Shown: one piece after another, positions 27,752 to 35,595 of the stretch | Position numbering within the stretch: the first letter of the stretch is position 1 | How the letters are laid out: each line of letters starts with the position of its first letter | Source: an uncultured Spirochaetota bacterium | Lineage (GTDB): Bacteria > Spirochaetota > Spirochaetia > SZUA-6 > Fen-1364 | Length of the DNA stretch: 64,000 nt | Direction of reading: 5' to 3' | Assembly: GCA_963820525.1 (NCBI GenBank) | Contig: CAWGAA010000001.1 | Coordinates: 2,816,001-2,880,000 of the forward strand | Notes under the pieces: model-generated | Database searches by the model: none | Seen by the model: only the letters and a program-made list of their open reading frames with translations | Told to the model about the DNA's origin: nothing | Position numbers and translations under genes: made by a program

Positions 27752-27969
27752 GCCACAGTGAAGACTTCATCACGAACCAGATGGAGTCGAACTCGTGCCG
27801 GCGGTGTATTGTCAAAAAAGAAAGCCGACACCGCTTCAGTCACGTTCTTTCGGAGTTCCTCCCAGCTATCTGCTTCGGTGATGATGCTTTCACTTAGACA
27901 TTCTGCGACAAATCCGCCATCCTGCTCTTGAAGTACTTCGAAAACGAGTTCAGTGTTTCGGGTCTCCAT
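27748..27969 (-). CDS. HicB-like antitoxin
   Basis: ELVFEVLQEQDGGFVAECLSESIITEADSWEELRKNVTEAV; ATGA overlap with hicA; TTGAAA-N17-TAAGAT promoter. Confidence 0.75.
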   Translation of the reverse strand: METRNTELVFEVLQEQDGGFVAECLSESIITEADSWEELRKNVTEAVSAFFFDNTPPARVRLHLVRDEVFTVA

Positions 27970-28019
27970 ACGCTAATCTTACTGGACTACTGCCCCGTTT
28001 TCAAGTCGAACGTCCGAAT

Positions 28020-28129
28020 CTCCCCGCCATCGCGCTTTTCATCCTGGCTCAAAAATATATCGTTGCGGGACTGACGGGGGGCGCGGTCAAAGGTTGAAGC
28101 ATCGGCTGCTGTGCGACCGATTCGCCCCC
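28020..28129 (+). repeat. 110-bp direct repeat, copy 2
   Basis: Second copy of the permease 3' end, offset 765 bp from copy 1. Confidence 0.92.
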
Positions 28130-28147
28130 TGCGGCGAGGCTTGGGAC

Positions 28148-28175
28148 AAAAAGAAGGCCGCCCCTGCGGGCGGCC
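28148..28175 (-). terminator. Intrinsic terminator of the MBL-fold gene
   Basis: GGCCGCCC-CTGC-GGGCGGCC preceded by an A-rich tract. Confidence 0.6.
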
Positions 28176-28198
28176 GCCAATCATTCGCTCCGGAACCG

Positions 28199-28888
28199 TT
28201 ACATCTTCTTCAGGCGGAGCGCCTGGACGCCCTTCTCCTTGAGGGCTGCGATAAAGGTGTCCGCGTCCTTCTCGGTTCCCTCGTACATGGCGTAATGGAC
28301 GGGGATTGCGATCTTCGCCTTTACATCCAGGGCGGACTGGACCGCGTCGTCCACCGAGTTCATCGTGTAGGTCTGGCCCAGGGGCAGGAGCGCGATGTCG
28401 CAGGAGATGTCCTTCATCTCGGGGATCCGCTCCGTGTCTCCCGAGTCGTAGATCCGCACCCCCTCCGCGGAGAGGATGAAGCCGCAGAAGCCGGCGGACT
28501 TGGGATGGAACTGGGTCTTTTTAATGTTGTACGCGGGCACCGCCTCTATGGTGAGCTCGTCCATCTTTTTCACGTCTCCCGGCTTGATCCGCGCCAGGAC
28601 CGCGCTGTCAAAGGCGGCCAGGACCACGGTGGCGGGACCGGAGAGCTTCTTGATGTCAGGCATGGAGTAGTGGTCGCCGTGGTTGTGGGTTATTAGGATG
28701 ATGTCCGCCTTCTCGGTGGCCTTTACCCCCACGGGATCTATCCAGATCAGCTCTCCTCCCAGCTCGATGCGCAGGGAGTTCTGCCCGTACCAGGTAATCT
28801 TCTGCACAGCCTCCTGGGGCGTGAGCGTGAAGCCCCCCACCGCGGCTCCCAGAAGAAGAGTAGCCAATAAGACCTCGATCTTTTTCAT
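28199..28888 (-). CDS. Exported MBL-fold metallo-hydrolase
   Basis: Signal-like N-terminus, IWIDP, THNHGDH, SGDT and PVHY; AGAGGAGG RBS. Confidence 0.85.
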   Translation of the reverse strand: MKKIEVLLATLLLGAAVGGFTLTPQEAVQKITWYGQNSLRIELGGELIWIDPVGVKATEKADIILITHNHGDHYSMPDIKKLSGPATVVLAAFDSAVLARIKPGDVKKMDELTIEAVPAYNIKKTQFHPKSAGFCGFILSAEGVRIYDSGDTERIPEMKDISCDIALLPLGQTYTMNSVDDAVQSALDVKAKIAIPVHYAMYEGTEKDADTFIAALKEKGVQALRLKKM

Positions 28889-29076
28889 GAAACACCTCCT
28901 CTTGAAATGATCACTGAGAGTAGCCAGGGGACGGCCCGGCAAGAAGAGCAGGGATGCAGGAACAACTGGCTTTAGTGGATGCCGGCCCCAAGCGGTAGTT
29001 CTCCTTCGACTGATAGGAGTTTATTGATAGGAATTTGCTGATTCAAGTCCGATTGAGCCAGCTAAAGAATGCCACG

Positions 29077-30483
29077 CTACCCGGGATGCTTTAGCATCTC
29101 CGCCAGCCTCTTGATGGCGTTTCGAACGCCGAGGTTCCAGCTTCCGGCGTTGATCCGCATGCAGTTTGAGAATCCACCCTTGCGGCTGAAGAGGCATCCC
29201 GGGGCGATAAGGATGTTCTCCTCCAGGGCCCGGAAGTAGAGGTCCATGGTGTCGTATCCCTCGGGAAGGGTCACCCAGAGGAGAAACCCACCCTGGGGGT
29301 TTGAGACCGTGGTTCCCGCCGGAAAGCTTTCTAGAATCTCGCGCCGTGTCGCCTCAACCGTTTCCTTGAGACCCTGTCGGATCTTCCGCAGGTGCCGCTC
29401 GTAGCCGCCTTCTTGGAGAAAAATCGAGATGGCGATCTGGTTAACCGAAGGACATCCGATATCCAGTATGCGCTTGAAGCCGATCACATCGTCGTAGTAG
29501 CGCCCCGGCGCCACCCAACCCAGGCGAAGCCCCGGAGAGATGGTCTTGGAGAAAGAGGAGCAGAGCACCACGCGGCCGTCCGTGTCGTAGGCCTTGCAGG
29601 TGTCGGGCCTGCTTCCATGGGCGAGATCCCCATAGACGTCATCATCCACGAGCGGAACGTCGAAGCGCCGCAGGAGCTCGAGGAGCCTTTTTTTCTTCTG
29701 TGTCGGCATCACGGTTCCCGTGGGGTTGGTGAAGTTGGAGATGACGAAGACCGCCTTGATGGAATTATGCTCCAGCGCAAACTCAAGCACTTCGAGGTTG
29801 ATTCCTTCCCCCTCCACGCTGGGGATCTCGATGGGTGTGATTTGAAGCCGATCCAGGAGGGAGAGGAAATTGAAATACACTGGGCTCTCGATGGCCACTG
29901 CATCCCCCGGCTTGCAGATGGCCATGAGGCTGAGGAACACCGCCTCCTGGCAGCCATTGGTCACGATGAGGTCGTCCGGCGATAGCTGAAGGCCCGAGTG
30001 CAGCCCCAGCAGGGCAATCTGTTCACGCAGGGGAGGGTAGCCCGGGGGCATTATGTAGTCGAACGCCTCCGCGGGGTGACGCTGGATCGCCTCCTTGAAG
30101 AAGTGGGATATCTTCTGCTTTGGCCAGTAGTCACGATTCAACAGGGCCACGCCGAGCTGAACGATTTTCTGGCCGGCCTCCGCCGCCTTCAATGCGCTAT
30201 AGACCTGGCAGATGCTCACCTCCCTCGGGTCAAGATCCGCGGGCTGGACTTCCTTGGCGCGCTCGGCGGGGGCGGGCAGGGGCCGGACGTAGTAGCCGGA
30301 TTGGGGCACCGCCTCGATGTAGTTCTTGTTCTCCAGCTTCCAGTACGCCTCGCGGACCGTGTTCATGCTCACGTTGAGCTGCTCGCTCAAGCTTCGAAGC
30401 GGCGGGATCTTCTGTCCTTTCTTGAGCACACCGCTCTCGATCAGGGACATTATCCTCTGGGCAACCTGCTCGTTGGCCGTCAT
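29077..30483 (-). CDS. MocR/GabR-type GntR regulator with PLP-dependent aminotransferase-like domain
   Basis: N-terminal wHTH (PLRSLSEQLNVSMNTVREAY), NPTG, DDVY and SFSKTISPGLRLGW. Confidence 0.92.
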   Translation of the reverse strand: MTANEQVAQRIMSLIESGVLKKGQKIPPLRSLSEQLNVSMNTVREAYWKLENKNYIEAVPQSGYYVRPLPAPAERAKEVQPADLDPREVSICQVYSALKAAEAGQKIVQLGVALLNRDYWPKQKISHFFKEAIQRHPAEAFDYIMPPGYPPLREQIALLGLHSGLQLSPDDLIVTNGCQEAVFLSLMAICKPGDAVAIESPVYFNFLSLLDRLQITPIEIPSVEGEGINLEVLEFALEHNSIKAVFVISNFTNPTGTVMPTQKKKRLLELLRRFDVPLVDDDVYGDLAHGSRPDTCKAYDTDGRVVLCSSFSKTISPGLRLGWVAPGRYYDDVIGFKRILDIGCPSVNQIAISIFLQEGGYERHLRKIRQGLKETVEATRREILESFPAGTTVSNPQGGFLLWVTLPEGYDTMDLYFRALEENILIAPGCLFSRKGGFSNCMRINAGSWNLGVRNAIKRLAEMLKHPG

Positions 30484-30653
30484 GGACGGAATTTCAACCA
30501 TTTTAAGGGTTTTGGGCAAGACACAGATGTGCCGCGCGGAAGGGGCACAGTGCCGCCTCATTCATGTTCTGTGCGGCCGACTTTCCGCTTTCCTAGTCCT
30601 TACCCGCCCGCCCTGCATTATGGAAGCTTAAGGAACATCAGGAGGATTGAGAC

Positions 30654-30935
30654 GTGGGAAAAGGGTTGTTGATGAAAAAGGCCGTGCGATACCTGAGGGT
30701 AAGCTGCCTGAGCGGGGCATGCTGGATAACGTGGCAGGGAAGCGAGGACATAATCCTCCAGGCCGGAGAGAGCCTGGAGGTTCGCGACGTGAAGAGGTTC
30801 TGCCTGGAGTTCCTGAAGGAAGGCGAAGCGTGCCTGCAGGAGGGCGGGGAAAAAACCAGGACCGTTTCGCGCTTCTTTAGCTCGGGGAGGGCCGCGTCGT
30901 TTGCAATTGCGCCCCCTGTTGGGGCACGGTCCTGA
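30654..30935 (+). CDS. DUF2917-like small protein
   Basis: LRVSCLSGACWITWQGSEDIILQAGESL; divergent from the MocR gene; AGGAGG upstream. Confidence 0.6.
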   Translation: MGKGLLMKKAVRYLRVSCLSGACWITWQGSEDIILQAGESLEVRDVKRFCLEFLKEGEACLQEGGEKTRTVSRFFSSGRAASFAIAPPVGARS

Positions 30936-31097
30936 TGTTGGCCGCGTCCGCCGTCGGAGCGTCGAGCACGATGTCGGGCGCGGCACCCATCGGAGCGCTG
31001 CTTTGACGTTCGGCTGCGCCGAGCGCCTCCACGGAGAAGGATCGAGGCTCTTCGCCTCCGTTGACCGGAGGGAGGCTTTTGGAGAGAATCCATCGCA

Positions 31098-32025
31098 ATG
31101 GACGTGCTTGGCTTGGGCGCCGTGGCCGTGGACGACCTCGTCTACGTGGAGGAGTTTCCCCAGCCGGATTCCAAGGTGATCGTCTCCGGCAGGGAACGGC
31201 AGAGTGGAGGGCTTGCGGGGACCGCCCTTGTCGCGGCAAGCCGCCTGGGGTGCTCGTGCGCTTATGCAGGCACCCTTGGGGACGACGAGCTTTCCCGCTT
31301 CGTCATCGAAGGGCTAAAGGCAGAAGGCGTCTCCGCGGAGTGGATAGTCCACCGTGATGAAGCGCGTCCCTTTCACGGAACCATAATCGTAGACACGAAG
31401 GCAATGACTCGGACCATCCTTGTGGACTCCAGGGGAGCCATCGGTGCCGACAGCTCGCTGCCCGAGGCGTCGCTTATCCGGTCTGCCCGGGTGCTCCTTG
31501 TGGATGCTCACGGCCTCCCCGGAATGCTTCGGGCAGCCCGAATCGCGCGTGAAGCCGGGATTCCCGTTGTGGGCGATTTCGAGAAACCCAAGCCCCCGCC
31601 CTTCGAGGAGCTTCTTTCTCTTGTGGACCACCTCATCATTCCCCGGGAGCTGGCCCGGGAAGCTCAGCGGCAAGAGCGGCGAATCCGAAATAGTTCGAGC
31701 TCTCTTGCATCCATCGCGTTCCGTCGTGGTTGTGACCGCCGGGGAAGAGGGCTCGTGGTATGCGTCCGCGGAAACGGGGCAGAGCGTGTTCCATCAGCCC
31801 GCCTTCGGTATTGATACCGTGGACACAACGGGGTGTGGAGACGTTTTCCACGGCGCCTACGCGGCGGGCCTCGTCTGGGGAACCGCCGTTTCGGTAAGGG
31901 TTCGATTCGCCTCCGCCGTGGCGGCGCTCAAGGCCACCTCTCAGGGCGGGCAGAAAGGAATTCCCACCAGGGAGCAAACGCAGGAGTTTCTCCAGCGCCG
32001 CTCGAGTGAAGCGATAGAGCTATAA
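31098..32025 (+). pseudogene. PfkB-family carbohydrate kinase with a one-base insertion frameshift
   Basis: GGLAGTALVAASRLG in the first frame. VVTAGEEGS and DTTGCGDVFHGA in another frame. Switch at CCCGGG 31654-31659. Confidence 0.82.
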
Positions 32026-32047
32026 TGACCGGTGGAGGCGGGCATTA

Positions 32048-32578
32048 ATGAAACTTGCCATCTTTGGCGCATCTGGCGCAACAGGTAAGCAGATCATTGA
32101 GCAGGCGCTTGCCGCGGGAAACCAGGTGGCCGCCTTCGCTCGAAACCCATCAAAAATCGGCGCGAGTCATGAGCGTCTGACGATTGTGCAGGGCGAATTA
32201 TCCGACACGGCGGCAATTGAGCGCGCAGTGGGCGGTGCGGATGCGGTCAACAGTTCATCCACCCCGAGTGCCAGTGACCCCAATGACTTGCCGGATTTCA
32301 AATTCAAAGTCCTGGTTGCCATCGTCAAATCCGTGATGCGCCCAGCATACGAAGAAATCGTCAACGTTGCGCGGATTGTTCGCGAGTCGGATACCGATTG
32401 GATTATCGTGCGTGCGTCTCTGCTGAACAACAATCCCGGGTCGGGGAGAATCAGGGCCGGCTATTTGGGCAAGAAACAGGTAGGCACAAACATTTCCCGC
32501 GCGGATTTGGCGGCGTTCATGCTCAAGCAGGCACAGGATACAACCTATCTGCGGCAAGCGCCCGCCATCAGCAATTGA
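32048..32578 (+). CDS. NAD(P)H-binding (flavin reductase-like) protein, apparently with an internal deletion
   Basis: IFGASGATG, DWIIVR and ISRADLAAF. The segment expected between ADAV and STPS seems absent. Confidence 0.7.
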   Translation: MKLAIFGASGATGKQIIEQALAAGNQVAAFARNPSKIGASHERLTIVQGELSDTAAIERAVGGADAVNSSSTPSASDPNDLPDFKFKVLVAIVKSVMRPAYEEIVNVARIVRESDTDWIIVRASLLNNNPGSGRIRAGYLGKKQVGTNISRADLAAFMLKQAQDTTYLRQAPAISN

Positions 32579-32589
32579 GAACGACTTCC

Positions 32590-33864
32590 ATGAAAATCAC
32601 CATCCTCGCCTATGGTTCGCGCGGCGATGTGCAGCCTTTCACCGCCCTCGCGCTCGGGCTGCAAAAAGCCGGGCACAGCGTGCGCCTGGCTGCTCCGAAT
32701 CGTTTTGCCGATCTTGCAGCCCAGTACAATATACCCTTCACGCCCCTGCCGGGCGATCCGGGAAAGATGAGCGCCCTCGCCAACAACATCCGGCGTGATG
32801 CGTTTGGCGCAATCAAATCCATGGCCCAATACGTCTTCTCCATCACCGCCCCGGTCCTCCGCGCCGCCCTGGCCGCCTGCGACGATGCCGACCTCATCGT
32901 CCACTCGTTCTTCTTCACCACTATTGCGGGTTCGCTGGCGCGCGCCCTCCGCATCCCGGATGTCTCTGTGCAACTCCTTCCCCTGTTCATACCCACACGC
33001 GCCTATCCGATGGTTGCCATGCCCAACATGCCGCCCGGCGTGCTGAGCTACTTTACCCACTGGCTTACCACACAGATTTTTCGACGCGTTGTGCAGATGG
33101 GATTGGGGCACCTGCGCCGCGCCGAGCCGGGGATTTTCAATCTGAAGCTATCCTGGCCCTTTGACGCTTCTCACCCCGTTCAGACCCCCCTTCTCTTTGC
33201 ATATAGTCCGACCATTCTTCCCCAACCGCTGGACTGGAAAGCGCCCCACATTCACGTCACCGGCTACTTCTTTCTCGATGCCTCTGAAACGTACCGACCG
33301 CCGCGGGAACTTTTAGACTTCCTCGCCGCCGGGGATGCCCCGGTGTGCGTGACGTTTGGGAGCATGGTCAGCCGCGAGTCCGAGCGGATAGACGCTCTCG
33401 TGCGCGCCGCCCTCGCCCGGACCCGCCAGCGCGGCATCATCCTCACCGGTTGGGGCGGGAGGAAACCCGCCGAACACATAGATGATCTGTTCTATTTCGA
33501 TGCTGTACCGCACGACTGGCTTTTCCCCCGCTGCAAATCCGTCATCCATCACGGCGGAGTGGGGACGACAGCCGCCGGTCTGCGTGCCGGGATTCCCAAC
33601 ATCATCGTCCCTCACACAATAGACCAGCCGTTTTGGGGGAAACGCGTCGCGGCCATTGGGGCAGGCCCAGCGCCCATTGATTTGGCGCATCTGTCCGTTC
33701 CGAGGCTGGCCGCCGCTCTCGCTCAGGCACACAGTCCAGCCCTTCGAGCGCGCGCCCACGAGTTAGGGTATCTGATCAGAGCCGAAGATGGTGTCGGAGA
33801 AGCAGTGCGCCTTATCGAACAGCATGCCGCCAACCCGTATTATCGAAATCGACCGGACGCTTAA
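32590..33864 (+). CDS. GT-B glycosyltransferase (sterol 3-beta-glucosyltransferase-like)
   Basis: GSRGDVQPF, VTFGSM, VPHDWLFP, HHGGVGTT and DQPFW. Confidence 0.9.
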   Translation: MKITILAYGSRGDVQPFTALALGLQKAGHSVRLAAPNRFADLAAQYNIPFTPLPGDPGKMSALANNIRRDAFGAIKSMAQYVFSITAPVLRAALAACDDADLIVHSFFFTTIAGSLARALRIPDVSVQLLPLFIPTRAYPMVAMPNMPPGVLSYFTHWLTTQIFRRVVQMGLGHLRRAEPGIFNLKLSWPFDASHPVQTPLLFAYSPTILPQPLDWKAPHIHVTGYFFLDASETYRPPRELLDFLAAGDAPVCVTFGSMVSRESERIDALVRAALARTRQRGIILTGWGGRKPAEHIDDLFYFDAVPHDWLFPRCKSVIHHGGVGTTAAGLRAGIPNIIVPHTIDQPFWGKRVAAIGAGPAPIDLAHLSVPRLAAALAQAHSPALRARAHELGYLIRAEDGVGEAVRLIEQHAANPYYRNRPDA

Positions 33865-33922
33865 AGCTGCATGTTTCTATCTAAAGGCCGCCGCCGGGAG
33901 CGGACCCTCCAGGCTCGGGGCC

Positions 33923-34390
33923 TCAGCCGTTCTGCGTGCTGAGGAAGACCTGGATGCCCATGTGCTGGATCTGGTCCAGCCGCTCCTCGATCGAGTCTAT
34001 GTGATGGTCCTCGTCGTGGAGGATCGCCTCCAGGATCTCCCGGGTGGCGAAGTCCGCCACGTCTCCGGCCTGCTTGATGGCGGCGTTGTATTCCTTGACC
34101 GCCTGGGCCTCCAGGGCATGATCGTTGGCCAGCTGCTTGGGAACGTCTGAGCCGATGTGCATGGCAAGCAGATTGGAGACGACGGGGATTCCTTCCAGGA
34201 AAAGGATCCTCCCGATCAGCTTCTCGGCGTGCTTCATCTCGTCCTTGGCCTGCTTGTCGAAATGGTCGCGGAGCTTCTTGTATCCCCAGTTCTCGCTCAT
34301 CTCGGCGTGCACCATGTACTGGTTGATTGCGGTGAGCTCCTCGGCGAGCAGAGTGTTCAGGGTCTCGATGAGTTTTTCGTTTCCTTTCAT
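33923..34390 (-). CDS. bfr: Bacterioferritin
   Basis: ELTAINQY, DEMKHAE (heme-ligand Met), RILFLEG and DEDHHID. Confidence 0.93.
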   Translation of the reverse strand: MKGNEKLIETLNTLLAEELTAINQYMVHAEMSENWGYKKLRDHFDKQAKDEMKHAEKLIGRILFLEGIPVVSNLLAMHIGSDVPKQLANDHALEAQAVKEYNAAIKQAGDVADFATREILEAILHDEDHHIDSIEERLDQIQHMGIQVFLSTQNG

Positions 34391-34503
34391 TCCTTCCTCC
34401 ACGTTCTGATGGTTTTTCCGCTTAAGAAAATACAGCCGTGGAGGATCGAAGAAAAGAAAAACTCGTCGTGGGCGAGCGCCGGGCCGGGCGCGTTGTGCCG
34501 GGA

Positions 34504-35097
34504 CTAGGCGCCGGTCGCCGTTGGACTTCCTTCCAGCCCTATCTCTTTTGCCGCGGTGCGCATGCCCAGGATCGTGTCGGTGATGAGCTCCTCCAGGTCA
34601 ATGCCGAGCATCTCTCTTCCTTTCTCTATCACCTCGCGGTTCACGCCGGCGGCAAAGCTCTTGTCCTTCCACTTCTTTTTCACGGATTTCGCCTCCGTGT
34701 CCAGGACGCTCCGCGATGGGCGCATGAGCGCAACCGCCTTGATCAGGCCCGTAAGCTCGTCCACGGCATAGAGGGTCTTCTCCAGCGCCGAGACCGGCTC
34801 CTCCTGGGAGCAGATCCCCCAACCGTGGCTCACCACGGCCCGGATATATTCCTCGGGCCACCCCGCCTCCCGGAGGATCTCCGGGCTTTTCCTGCAGTGC
34901 TGCTCGGGAAACCGCTCGTAGTCGATGTCGTGGACGAGGCCGATGACGCCCCACTTCTCCTCGTCCTCCCCCTTCTTTTTCGCGATGGAGCGCATGACGG
35001 CCTCGACGGACAGGGCATGCTTGATGAGGCTGTCGTTGGAGTTGTATGCCAGGAGAAGCTGATACGCTTCCTGGCGGGTTGGTGTATGGGTTTCCAT
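34504..35097 (-). CDS. HD/HDIG-domain phosphohydrolase
   Basis: KHALSVEAVM, GLVHDIDYE, DELTGLI and KDKSFAAGVNR. Confidence 0.88.
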   Translation of the reverse strand: METHTPTRQEAYQLLLAYNSNDSLIKHALSVEAVMRSIAKKKGEDEEKWGVIGLVHDIDYERFPEQHCRKSPEILREAGWPEEYIRAVVSHGWGICSQEEPVSALEKTLYAVDELTGLIKAVALMRPSRSVLDTEAKSVKKKWKDKSFAAGVNREVIEKGREMLGIDLEELITDTILGMRTAAKEIGLEGSPTATGA

Positions 35098-35237
35098 GCG
35101 TTGGAGAGTACCGTCGCTTCGCCTTTCCAACAAGGGGAACGCGGCGGCTTTGGTGCGCTGCGCATGACCGCCGCCGACGGAGATTCGCCGCGGCAACATC
35201 GAGTGAGTATATTCATGACGAGGGAAGACAGTAGCAC

Positions 35238-35591
35238 GTGGATACAGAGAAAAAGCAACAGCTTCCTCAATCTTTCCTGGAGCTGATCCGGATCTGGGAG
35301 CTGCCCGTGCTGGTCGACTTCTGGGCCGAATGGTGCGGCCCCTGCCGCATCGTCTCTCCCGTGGTCGAGCGTCTTGCCAAAGAGTTTTCAGGAAAGCTCC
35401 TCACGGTCAAGGTGAACGTTGACAGGCGGCCCGCCATTGCAGAAACCTTCCAGGTGCAGAGCATCCCTACCATCATGCTGTTCTGGAAAGGCGAGTCTCA
35501 CATGCGCCTCACCGGGGCCTATCCCTATGAGGCCATCAGAAAGTCGATCCTGGAGAACTGGCCCCGGGAAGCGGGGCAGGCCATCGCATAG
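35238..35591 (+). CDS. trxA: Thioredoxin
   Basis: VDFWAEWCGPC and SIPT. Confidence 0.92.
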   Translation: MDTEKKQQLPQSFLELIRIWELPVLVDFWAEWCGPCRIVSPVVERLAKEFSGKLLTVKVNVDRRPAIAETFQVQSIPTIMLFWKGESHMRLTGAYPYEAIRKSILENWPREAGQAIA

Positions 35592-35595
35592 GAAC

